Assembly (NCBI GenBank): GCA_951406725.2
Contig: OX597817.1
Location: forward strand, 77,190,001-77,254,000
DNA length: 64,000 bases
Direction of reading: 5' to 3'
Source of the DNA: Octopus vulgaris
Lineage: Eukaryota
The notes beneath the pieces were generated by a model. It was given only the letters and a program-made list of their open reading frames with translations, had not been told where the DNA came from and ran no database searches. Numbering within the stretch: position 1 is the stretch's first letter; each line of letters begins with the position of its first letter. Of the stretch, positions 40,797 through 52,354 are shown one piece after another. The position numbers were made by a program, and so were the translations under genes.

Positions 40797-41684
40797 TGAT
40801 AATAATAATGATAATAATAATAATAATATGTAGCAATAATAATAATAATAAAATGATACTAATAAATATATAAATACGAAATAATAAAAAAAAATCTATT
40901 GGTATTGTCCACTAATCTTGTTATTGTTCTTACTGTTGTTGATGCTTTTGTTGTTGTTGTTGTCATTGTCGATGATGCTACTCTACAGACTTAATTGTTT
41001 GTTGTCGCAGTGATTGTTAAGTGCTACAGTTGTCGAGCCAGTCTTTTTTTTGTGTGTGTATGTGTGTGTGTGTGTGTATGTGTATGTGCGTGTGTGTGCG
41101 TGCTTTGCTTTGAATTTATTTCTGCAGTTGTCGTCGCTGTTGTTCCTAATGCTTCCACTGCATTTGGTGCTGTTGGTGGTGGTGGTGTTGGCGGTGCGGG
41201 TGATGACGACAATAATGAAGATGACGATGACGATGATGATGATGATGATGCTTATGATGCAATCATTGTCATGGTTATTGTTCGTAGTTACTACCCTTTC
41301 CTGTTACTGTTTACTTGCTGTTGCTGTTGTTGTTGTTGCTGTTGTCATTGTCGTAACTATCGCTGTTGTAGATGATGCAACTGTTGCCATGGATATTGCT
41401 TCTTGTTTTTTTTTTCAGTTAGTATTTTTTCTATGGTGTTTTGTTGCTGTTATTGTAGTTATTGCTTTTATTATGGTTTGCTTTCACTCACTTTGTCAAT
41501 TTCGGTCAGAGTTGGTGACCATACTGGAGTCCCCATAATCATGTTGTGATTTCTCTTTAACAGAACTCTTGTTGCTGTGCTTATTTATAATCATTAAAAA
41601 TAAACTTTCATGTTGCCCTTGTGGCGAATATGAAAATTCTTCGTCTTCTTCAATATTATTATTATTATCATTATAATATTATTC

Positions 41685-42270
41685 AAGGTCAACTTTACCT
41701 TTCATCTTTTCAGGGTTGATAAATTAAATACCAGTTGAACACTGGGGTCTATCTAATCAACACATCCCCTCCCCCAAAATGGCTGCCCTTCTGGCAAAAT
41801 TTGAAGCCATCATCATCATCATCATCAACAATAAGGCAGTGAGCTAGCAGAATCATTAGTACAATGGGCAAAATGCTTAACAGCATTTTGCCTATCATTA
41901 TGTTCTGAGTTCAAATTCCACTAAGGTCACTTAAGCTTTTTATCCTTTCAGGGTCAATAGATAAATACCAGTTGAGCACTGGGGTCAATGAAAGTCACTT
42001 GCCCACCCCTCAGAATTGGTGGCCTAGTACCAAAGTAAGAATTATCATCATTATTATTATTATTATTTGGTAAAATCATTTGCATGTCTGATAATATGCT
42101 TCACAGCATTTCATCTGAGTCTTTACATACTGAGTTCAAATCCAACCAAGGTCAACTTTGCTTTTCATTCCTTCAAGGGTCAATAAAAATACAGAATCAG
42201 CCAAGCACCAGGTTTGATGTAATTGACCAACGTCTCCACTCCAAATTGCTGGCCTTAGGTCAAAATTTGC
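41685..42270 (+). mobile_element. Three tandem family A SINEs or fragments
   Basis: AAGGTCA(A)CTT..CTTT(C/T)AT(C/T)CTT..AGGGT motif occurs three times. Confidence 0.8.
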
Positions 42271-42480
42271 AATATCATTCTCATTATTATTATTACTGTT
42301 GTTGCTTTTTTTATTATAATTTTCCAATTCTGACCACGTCTCAACCAGAGAGCTAAGACATATATATATTAGGTGGAGAGAAACTTTCTGAGAATGTGGG
42401 CAGTTGATGTCAACACAATTTTTTGTGTCTCACAGATTGTTTATTTCTCAGGGATTTGGTCAAAAAATTTGTCATTACCT

Positions 42481-42578
42481 TTCTTGATCTAGGGCACCAA
42501 CAACAAAAGGGATGGTTTTGGCTTTTAATTGCCACATCCTAGATATCTCAATCTTAAGGTCCTTGTATTTCAATAGTG
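42481..42578 (-). mobile_element. Fragment of an R4/Dong-like non-LTR retrotransposon (RLE C-terminal region)
   Basis: Translates as KYKDLKIEISRMWQLKAKTIPFVVGAL, matching the recalled KY.DL..EI..MW......P.V.GALG motif. Confidence 0.75.
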
Positions 42579-42610
42579 TATTATTGTTGTTGTTATTATT
42601 ATTATTATTA

Positions 42611-42661
<51 letters not shown>

Positions 42662-42662
<1 letters not shown>

Positions 42663-43050
42663 TATGTTTGACTTTTGCTTTACATTTATACAAGTTGGCT
42701 CAAAGTCTCACCCAGAGACCTCAAGAGACAACAAGTTGGAAGTTCATGTTGGTGTTATGCCTAGGGTGCCATATATTTGGTTTTGTACTTAGTGTTGTAC
42801 TAGTAAATGTTTAAAAAAACAATAAGAAAATTATGTTTGTTTTAAAACTTGAGATTACATAGAAAGTATTTTGCATAGGATATGAGCAGTTCCCATGAGC
42901 ACTATCTTTTGAATTTCAGCCATTTTGGGGTTTCCTGGTATCTGAGCTAGGTAGCAATCAGCCCCTTTCGCTATCATTCCCAGGGTACCTATGACAACAG
43001 GTATTGTTTTAGTCTTCAGGTTCCACATTTTTCTAATTTCTATTTCAAGA
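42662..43050 (-). mobile_element. 5'-truncated R4/Dong-like non-LTR retrotransposon: ORF end plus 3' UTR, flanked by (TAA)n
   Basis: LEIEIRKMWNLKTKTIPVVIGTLGMIAKG..QIPGNPKMAEIQKIVLMGTAHILCKILSM*, then a ~190-nt UTR containing GAGGTCTCTGGGTGAGACTT, then (TAA)n. Confidence 0.85.
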
Positions 43051-43080
43051 TTATTATTATCATTATTATCATTATTATCA

Positions 43081-43111
<31 letters not shown>

Positions 43112-44042
43112 TATTATTATTATACTGGTACAGTTTAGTAAATGTCATTTATAAGCAAGTGCTACATCAAAAAGAGGAACAGATAGATAAATAAATAAAT
43201 GAATAAATAAGTAACTAAATGAAATTTGAAGCCATAAAATGTGATAATCGATATTATCAATATTATTAATTGAGAAATGTTTACTAGTACGAGCATTATT
43301 ATCATTGCTATAGTGTTTATATTACCATTTTATTGCATCTTTATTACAATGTAAGTGTTCTAGCAGTACTTGCCTGAGGCTTCCTACTAAATTTAAGATA
43401 CCATTATTGCAATCACCATCATCATCATCAATCATCATCATCGTCACCATCAACACTATTAATAACTGTTATTATTATCATCATCATCAACAACATAGCC
43501 AGCTTCACCATCATCACTGCTGTTGTCATCATCATTGTCAACACCATTATTATTACCACTATAGTCATCATCATCATCAATTTTATAATCATCATCATCA
43601 TCATTGTCCCTGTCTTAGACTTAGTTTTTCCTTCACTTGATGAACATTTTTCCTTTGTTATTGTTGCTATTATGTTGTTGTTGTTGATGTTAAGGTTGTA
43701 AGGTGAGAGAAATTGTTGTTAAATCTTTACACACAATGCTTTAAACTGGTCAATCTTCATCATGTTTGCGTCTCAGACTGCTTTTACTTTGTTTTATCTT
43801 TTTCGTTTATGGCATCTGTTTTAAACTTCTCTTAAATGGCTTGACTTAATCAGTACCAGTAAGAAAATGGGAGTCATTCAAATCTTCCATACTGCTGCCA
43901 GGTAAAAATAAGCATTATCCAATTTGTCATGTGATTTTGAAAATTTTATTTTTAAAGTAGGTTTCAACTGAGAAAGATTTGGCTGCTATTTTTCAAAGAA
44001 CAAACAAGCAGATAGAGGTTTCCTTTATTGTCTCAGGCTTAC

Positions 44043-44234
44043 ATTTGTTGTTGTATGTAACACTTTGACTTCCCGGTTTTGTTCCAACTGATATGAAATC
44101 TTGCTCTCATGGTGGAGGATTCTGCGGCACTCTCGTTTGCATGTTTTTGTTTCTGTTTCTTCATTGGATTTCATTACAGGATAATTAATAATGGGAACGA
44201 CAAGACTGAAGCTGAAGGGCGTGTTCAGGTCAAG
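44043..44234 (-). CDS. Candidate exon: 192 nt phase 0->0, or 45 nt phase 2->2 (44043-44087, WNKTGKSKCYIQQQ)
   Basis: Strong donor |gtaagc. Acceptors gtttcacattgcag| or atttcatatcag|. Two frames are open near the donor. Confidence 0.35.
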
Positions 44235-44264
44235 CTGCAATGTGAAACACTGTATGTGTGTATG

Positions 44265-44295
<31 letters not shown>

Positions 44296-45412
44296 GCATG
44301 CATGTATGTGTGTGTGTGTGTATGCATGCATAAGCATGTACATGCACATTAGCATGAGTGTCTGTACATGTGTGTACATATGTATATGTATTCGTGCATG
44401 TCTGTGTATACATGAATAAGTGTATGGTTGTATGTGCACATGTGGGAGGCAGTGTGTGCATTAGTATATACATTTGCCTGTGTTATTGTGTGAATGTGCA
44501 TGTGTATGTGCAGTTTAGTATACAAATGTGCATATGTGTGTATTCGTGTATATGTGTCCATGTGTGTGTACTTGTACTTTAATGAGTCCTTTATTGACTG
44601 AAGTACTGAATTCGTCCAAGTAATACTTCAGTCATTTAATACCAGGCCCTTTCTCTCTGGAAGCCTTGTTTTCGTAAATGCATAGGCCAAGCTCCCACAT
44701 CAAATTGCTAAAGCCCTGTTAAACAGAACAGATTACATGAGCATCAAGCAAATGTCACCCTACATAGCAATGTAGCAAATATGTTCAAACTTGTAAAAAA
44801 AGCTATGACAACACAAATGTTACGAGTATGTGTGTGTGTGTAGCAGGAAAGGGGAAAAAACACATCAACGCCTACTCTGACACAGAAATGAAGACAGCTG
44901 TGAAAAGAGTTGAGAGAGAGAGAGCAAGGGGGATGCAAAAGCCATATTATAAACAAAAATACAGCCAATGAAAGAACTTCTAAAGTGTCTTGATCTGTTA
45001 GAAATAGCAGTGAAATTCACTTGAATCCCCACCTTAGCATCTTAAAAAGTAGTAGAATAAAATGGCCAATGAAAAACAAGATACACTTATATATAAACAG
45101 GATGACTGTGGACAAAATATATATCTGCAGTCAAGGGTGACCAGGAAGGACTAAGCAACAACAAGAGCAATAAGTTAGAGGAAGAAAAGCAAGAAGAAAA
45201 AGAAGAAGGAAAGAGGAGGGGGGACAGTGAGGGCCTTAACGACAGAAAACATTGAGTGTGTGAGTGAATTAGTTGCTGTTAGGAACATGGAGGAACAGAC
45301 CCGCAGCTGAGATAACAGGCAGAGCGACTCCTCCAAACACAATTGAAATAACAGTAGCGAGAGCAACAGTTGTGATGGTTGAAAAAGAAATAACAAACAA
45401 TTATACTAATAC

Positions 45413-45436
<24 letters not shown>

Positions 45437-45443
<7 letters not shown>

Positions 45444-45607
45444 GAGGAGGGGGAGGAGGAGAAGGAGAAGAAGAAGGAGAAGGAGGAGAAGAAGAAGAAG
45501 AAGAAGAAGAAGAAGAAGAAGGAGAAGGAGAAGAAGAAGAAGAAGAAGAAGAAGAAGAAGAAGAAGAAGAAGAAGAAGAAGAAGAAGCAGCAGCAGCAGC
45601 AGCAGCA
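45437..45607. repeat. (GAG)/(GAA)n/(CAG)n compound trinucleotide repeat
   Basis: Seen directly. Confidence 0.95.
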
Positions 45608-45700
45608 ATAAAGATGGCAGCAGAAGGTTTCTTTTTGCCGGAACTATTGCAAAATAAATGGCTTTGAATTGAAAGAAAGGAGAACAACTTGGATGCGTAC

Positions 45701-45865
45701 ATATGCATCAGTGTAAATATGTCTGAGCACAGTCTAGAATGATGGAAAAGTGGTAGAGTTGTAGGTTTAGCTATTTTCACATCTTTGCAAAACATAGGCA
45801 CAGTTTTAACCATTTTTGATGCCAATCCACATGAGAGCCTCACTGGTTTTTGCAAGGAATTCTTC
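45701..45865 (-). CDS. Candidate symmetric phase-2 exon (165 nt): KNSLQKPVRLSCGLASKMVKTVPMFCKDVKIAKPTTLPLFHHSRLCSDIFTLMH
   Basis: Acceptor atattattttaaaacag|, donor |gtacgc, 54 open codons in unique sequence. Confidence 0.5.
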
Positions 45866-45934
45866 CTGTTTTAAAATAATATGAATTAAAACTTTCCATT
45901 ACTAAAATTATGTTATCAGTTGTCTGTAATGTGC

Positions 45935-46320
45935 TTCAGGCATTAGACTGTGGCAATGCTGGAGCACTGCCTAGAAGATTTTTGAGTCAAATAAACCCAA
46001 CCATGCAGTTATTTATTATTTTTTTTTTTTTGAAAACCTGGTGCTTATTCTGTCATTTCTTTTGCTGAACTGCTAAGTTATGGGGGCATGAACACACCAA
46101 TACTGGTTGTCAAGTGGTGGTGAGAGAGACACACAGACACAAATACACACACACACACATACATAATGGGCTTCTTTCAGTTTCCATCAACCAAATCCAC
46201 TCACAAGTCTTTGGTTGGGCCCCAAGCTAAAGTAGAAGAAACTTGCCCAAGGTGCTATGCAGTGGGTGAGCCCAGAAACATGTAGTCAGAATGCAAGTTT
46301 CTTACCAAACAGCCATTCCA
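45935..46320 (-). mobile_element. SINE family B
   Basis: Reverse complement of family B. Confidence 0.8.
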
Positions 46321-47091
46321 AACACCAGCTTAATAATGACTTCAAATTTTGATAAAAGGCTAGCAATTTTAGCAGTGGGGGATAAGTTGATTACAATGAC
46401 CTCACTACTCAAAAGGTACTCACTTTATTGAGTACACAGGGATACAAGGCGATTTGAACTAAAAACATAATGAGCTGAAACAAATGCTGCTAAACAATTT
46501 GCTGGACAGCTAATGATTCTGCCAGCACAAACATCAAAGATATTTTCCAAAATTCTTTACCAATGTATATTTTTTTATATCAACCCACCTGAGAACTACA
46601 ATTGGTTCTATGATAAAATATTTTGTTTTAAGATAATATAAATTATAAACTTTCATAAAAATTTCATGTCAATTTATGCTCCAAGAACCTGCTTAATAAC
46701 AACAACTAAGTTATTTTACAAAATTCTTTATAAATTTAAAAATTAATTGAAACAAAGGCAGTATTATCTTCTGAAGAAGACTGAGAATCTTTTCATAGCT
46801 GTTGCAGTTGTTTAGGCAAATGTCTGGCCTGATGGAGCAGACCTAAGACCAAAACATTCTATCCATGACCTTCTCAATGATTTGTATATTCAGGATGATA
46901 CTGCCTACACACCTTAGAAGAACAGAATGGGGTATGTGGAGGAAGAGCACACATGAAAACGAAAAGTGTTGCTGAAGAGGTCACAGGTATGTGATGAAAG
47001 ATTTCTGGACAATGGACATGAGTTGAAATAATAAAATAAGAAGAGTAATAAATGAGTAAAGAAAAAAATAATAAAATGATCATCCTGAAAT

Positions 47092-47142
<51 letters not shown>

Positions 47143-47301
47143 AAACATGTGTGTGTGTGTGTACATACATGTACATATTTACACATACATCTAAATGTAG
47201 AGAGAGAGAGAAAGAGATGGAATAATTACTCTCATCATGGAGCAGTTCTATTCTGGAAACAAGAAAAAGATTAAAGATAGTGTCCCCATTGTAAACCTTA
47301 C

Positions 47302-47337
47302 ACCTTCTGCAATACTACTGATTTTTTTGTCCGTGAA
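47302..47337 (-). CDS. Candidate 36-nt symmetric exon (phase 2 SRTKKSVVLQK or phase 0 FTDKKISSIAEG)
   Basis: Acceptor gatgtttctccaaaag|, donor |gtaagg. Confidence 0.25.
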
Positions 47338-47489
47338 CTTTTGGAGAAACATCAATTTTAAGCATCAAGCATAATCCCTTTGCATCCTGTTTTTCTTTTG
47401 ATAAATATATATATATGTATAAATATTTTGTTTTCTGAAATGAGATAAAAACCCAAGGGTGTGTAGATTTAGAACATTTATAGACAGAA

Positions 47490-47539
47490 GGTCTTACAGC
47501 TGTTTCCAGGATATTTATTATATCCCTTGATCGGAGACC
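47490..47539 (-). ncRNA. Minimal type-I hammerhead ribozyme, core degenerate (Penelope-type)
   Basis: Minus strand: GGTCT-CCGATCA-AGGGATAT AATAA ATATCCTG-GAAAC AGCT GTA-AGACC. Perfect 5-bp stem I, long stem II, palindromic stem III (ACAGCTGT), GUA triplet; CUGAUGA carries two substitutions. Confidence 0.7.
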
Positions 47540-47604
47540 GTGTGAGAGGATGGTTAAGTAATAGTTAATTTAGATAAGATACAAAATAGAGAGTGAGGTG
47601 GAGG

Positions 47605-47640
47605 AAAGAAAATAGATGTGAGATGTGTAGGGCTATTGTG

Positions 47641-47695
<55 letters not shown>

Positions 47696-47806
47696 CTTAT
47701 TAAAAAAATGGTTTATTAGCAACTATAACCTAAAGGCAAAATTATTTTAGTATATTCGGTACTGACAAGTACCCTATATCACTTCTGTGATCTCTGTTAA
47801 TTTTGC

Positions 47807-47863
<57 letters not shown>

Positions 47864-48686
47864 TATGTGTATATAAACGTGTATGTGTGTGTGCGTGCGT
47901 GCAAAGTATACCCAATAGATAATGGCAGTAAAAATATTAAGAATTACATCCCAACAACAGCAGCACCACCAACAAGAACAACCATAATAACAATAGTCAT
48001 TAGTAAAAACTATTAGAAAAACTCTTGCAATGATGGTGATGATGATGATGATGATGATAAAAGTAAGTAGTGATGGTGCTGACTTTTGGCACCAAATATT
48101 GGCATTGGGTTGTATAAGGTGATGTTAGTGAACTACCAGAGGAAGATATTCCACATTACTTCCAGCAGTCACCGCCAAAATATTCAAGAGTTAAAAAAAT
48201 ATGTATATTTTTAAATGTTAAATTAAAAAGAAAATAACACAAAATTTACAGTAACAAAAACAAAAAAAAGATGTCAATATTACAAAGACTTGAAATTTGT
48301 TGCGAAAGTAAATCGTAAACAGAATATATAAGTTTGTACATCTATGTGTATATATATATATATATATACACACATTCATACATATGTACATATTCTTTAC
48401 TCTTTTACTTGTTTCAACCATTTGACACAGGCCATACTGGAGCACTGCCTTTAGTCGAGCTAATCGACCCCAGGGCTCATTCTTTGTAAGCCTAGTACTT
48501 GTTCTATTGGTCTCTTTTGCCGAACTGCTAAGTTACGGGGGACGTAAAAACACCAGCATTGGTTGTCAAGTGATGGTGGGAGGACAAACAAAGACACACA
48601 CACACATATGATGGGCTTCTTTCAGTTTCCATCTACCAAATTCACTCACAAAACTTTGGTCAGCCCGAGGCTTTAGTAGAAGACAA
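47605..48686 (+). repeat. Source copy of a 1.09-kb local direct duplication
   Basis: Near-identical to 49771-50861 apart from about five point differences and microsatellite lengths. Confidence 0.95.
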
Positions 48687-48771
48687 TTGCCCAATGTGCT
48701 ATGCAGTAGGACTGAACCCAGAACCATGTGGTGGGTAAGCAAGCTACTTACCACACAGCCACTCCTGCGCT
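48394..48771 (-). mobile_element. SINE family B, full length
   Basis: Tail through CCACACAGCCACTCCTGCGC head. The duplicated copy at 50565-50861 lacks the head. Confidence 0.9.
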
Positions 48772-48982
48772 TATATATATATATAAATCTGTGTCTATAT
48801 ATATGTATGTACATATATATGTATATGAGTATATATACATATATATATATATAATTACGTATATATATTTATTTATAAGAAAATGAGGTTACAAAGGAAT
48901 GAACGATTATCTTATGAGCTTCATTAGCTTACAGCTATTTCTAGTGGACTCAGTTGAGTGCCTGAGAGACACATTATCTACA

Positions 48983-49013
<31 letters not shown>

Positions 49014-49637
49014 TTGTTATTACACTAGAATAAGAGAGAAAGAAAGAGAGGAATATAAAGAAGACATCATACAAAGCAGTTATGCATGGTGAATAAATTT
49101 TTGTGTATAATTTAAAAACTTAGGACAAAGCCACAAAAGTATAACCAATTAATTTAACTCCTAAAATATTAGTAGTATTTGTTTGATCAACTTTGAAAGG
49201 ATAAAAAGCAAAGCTAAATCTGATGGTATTTAATTAAAAGCAAAATATATATATACATATATATATATACAGAGGAATACATCTAAATTTTTAGATTTCT
49301 GTTATTATTCCATCAACCCCAGAAGCAAATTTAAGTTTGATAGATTTCATCAACTGAGGATATAACAAAACATTTTATCCTGTCGTCAAAGTATTCAGTT
49401 ATCCAATCTAATACTTACCAGCATATCACTGGTACTTATTTCACTGAATCCCAAAGGAACATGTGTATAATGAAAAATTTTACTCTAAGATAAGCTGTAA
49501 TGCTGAGTGTAGAGCAAAGTATCCATCTGCTAAGTATGATCCAAGGATCCAATATATATATTTGTTGTCCACGGAGCTAAGCCCTTTTTGGATGCAAGTT
49601 CATCAATCACTCTGTGACTGGAAATATACTTAACTGC

Positions 49638-49664
<27 letters not shown>

Positions 49665-49675
<11 letters not shown>

Positions 49676-49820
49676 GAAATGAAGAAAACGCTGACAAATA
49701 ATTGAAGTAATTTAAGTAATTTAATTAGGTGAAAGTTCTTTTTACCGGTTGCGCATTTGTTATGCTTATCAAAGAAAATAGATGTGAGATGTGTAGGGCT
49801 ATTGTGTGTATATATACATA

Positions 49821-49879
<59 letters not shown>

Positions 49880-49991
49880 ACTTATTAAAAAAATGGTTTA
49901 TTAGCAACTATAACCTAAAGGCAAAATTATTTTAGTATATTCGGTACTGACAAGTACCCTATATCACTTCTGTGATCTCTGTTAATTTTGC

Positions 49992-50034
<43 letters not shown>

Positions 50035-50958
50035 TATGTGTATATAAACGTGTATGTGTGTGTGCGTGCGTGCAAAGTATACCCAATAGATAATGGCAGT
50101 AAAAATATTAAGAATTACATCCCAACAACAGCAGCACCACCAACAAGAACAACCATAATAACAATAGTCATTAGTAAAAACTATTAGAAAAACTCTTGCA
50201 ATGATGGTGATGATGATGATGATGATGATAAAAGTAAGTAGTGATGGTGCTGACTTTTGGCACCAAATATTGGCATTGGGGTGTATAAGGTGATGTTAGT
50301 GAACTACCAGAGGAAGATATTCCACATTACTTCCAGCAGTCACCGCCAAAATATTCAAGAGTTAAAAAAATATGTATATTTTTAAATGTTAAATTAAAAA
50401 GAAAATAACACAAAATTTACAGTAACAAAAACAAAAAAATGATGTCAATATTACAAAGACTTGAAATTTGTTGCGAAAGTAAATCGTAAACAGAATATAT
50501 AAGTTTGTACATCTATGTGTATATATATATATATATATACACACATTCATACATACGTACATATTCTTTACTCTTTTACTTGTTTCAACCATTTGACACA
50601 GGCCATACTGGAGCACTGCCTTTAGTCGAGCTAATCGACCCCAGGGCTTATTCTTTGTAAGCCTAGTACTTGTTCTATTGGTCTCTTTTGCCGAACTGCT
50701 AAGTTACGGGGGACGTAAAAACACCAGCATTGGTTGTCAAGTGATGGTGGGAGGACAAACAAAGACACACACACACACACATATGATGGGCTTCTTTCAG
50801 TTTCCATCTACCAAATTCACTCACAAAACTTTGGTCAGCCCGAGGCTTTAGTAGAAGACAACAAATGCGCAACCGGTAAAAAGAACTTTCACCTAATTAA
50901 ATTACTTAAATTACTTCAATTATTTGTCAGCATTTTCTTCATTTCCTTTTTTATATAT
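49665..50958. mobile_element. Duplicated segment (49771-50861) bracketed by ~95-bp inverted repeats (49665-49761 and 50860-50958)
   Basis: AAAAGGAAATGAAGAAAACGCTGACAAAT...TTTACCGGTTGCGCATTTGTT is the reverse complement of 50860-50950 with one mismatch. Both arms abut TA repeats. Confidence 0.85.
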
Positions 50959-50987
50959 CACCACTCGTGTTCGACATCTCCTTTTTT

Positions 50988-51029
<42 letters not shown>

Positions 51030-51459
51030 ATTTAAAACTGCTTGATTTGGCTCCATGCCACTTCAGGTTTTGCAGACCCTTTCCTGGATTTCTCCATTTG
51101 GCAATCCAGATGCTTGACAGGGTCGGGCTCCTACTAGAGACCCACATTACTTGATGTAGCACAGACCCAAATCATACTGTTTTAAATAATACATTAATAT
51201 ATGTAACTCTGATTGAATGTGCTGAGTGCACTTTCCTTTTGTTTATATATATGTATGTATATATATTACCCATAAATTAAATAGAGAGATACAATTGGCA
51301 ATCTAATAATTTATTTATATTATAATATAACATAATATGCTATGAATATAATATAATATAATATGAGATAACAAAAAAAATCATTAAAAAACCAAACAAG
51401 CCAACAATTTGTTTCGACTTATATACATTATTTGATTTATAAACAATTCAATTCACTAT

Positions 51460-51663
51460 GGTTTAAATACACAACTGAAAGAGCTATAGTTTTATGCTTT
51501 TATGATACTTGAACGAGCATATTTATAAGAAGCGCCATGGTATCTTAAAGCAATCTTTCAGGCTCTGTTTGTGTGTTACATGGCGTATTTTATAAACATG
51601 CCTATTGAAGTATCATGAAAGCATGAAACTATTCATAGCTTCTTTCAGTTGTGTATTTAAATT
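51460..51663. other. ~200-nt foldback with ~80-bp arms and a 39-nt loop
   Basis: 51462-51539 pairs with 51579-51661 (TTTAAATACACAACTGAAAGA.. / ..TCTTTCAGTTGTGTATTTAAA; inner CGCCATG / CATGGCG). Confidence 0.85.
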
Positions 51664-52306
51664 GATATATATATATATATATTGGTAAAAGTAAATGATG
51701 ACAATGGAGATGATGTTGGTGACAGTGGTGGTGGTAGTGATGATGATGATGATGATGGTGATAATGCTGATAGTGTTGGTGGGGATTATGATGTGAATAA
51801 CAATTATTTTTTGGGGCGCAGTTTTTCTGCTTATTTGTATACTATATCTGATGGAATGTGGGTCAACATGATCAAAACCCCAGTATCTTACAATGAACAT
51901 TGAAACAAGATAAGACCTGGATGTGAATTTGAACTAAGATCTCAAAGCAATAAAAACTAAATTATACTGCAATGGCAAAACTAAAAATGACTTTCACTTG
52001 CCTTGTACACAAAGCAAAGAATTTTTGTTCTCTTTTTTTTTTTTACTTTTTTTATTAGGAATAAAAAGCAGAGTAAACTTATCTGGCCTCACCCATCCCT
52101 GTATGCATAACTGGTACTAAATTCATCGACTGAGTGGAGATGAAAGGCAAACTTTGGTTTTGAGTAGAAATTAAACACAAAGAGAAGACAGATGGATATA
52201 AATGAAAAGAAACAACGGCAAGGCAAAAATGAATCTGAAGATCTACCATTACTGTTGACTTAACAACAACAAAAACAACAAGAACAACATAAAGAGCAGT
52301 AACATC

Positions 52307-52354
<48 letters not shown>

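Noticed and set aside
44290-44560. Frequent TGCATG (RBFOX) motifs
   Set aside because: Expected by chance in degenerate TG/CA/TA repeats, which are abundant throughout the window.
47741-47800. Mitochondrial-tRNA-like D-arm (TAGTATATTCGGTAC)
   Set aside because: No valid anticodon stem-loop or T-arm.
48218-50616. Two near-identical 75-aa ORFs suggesting a duplicated gene
   Set aside because: Both start in a SINE tail and run through a microsatellite; their identity is explained by the 1.09-kb duplication.
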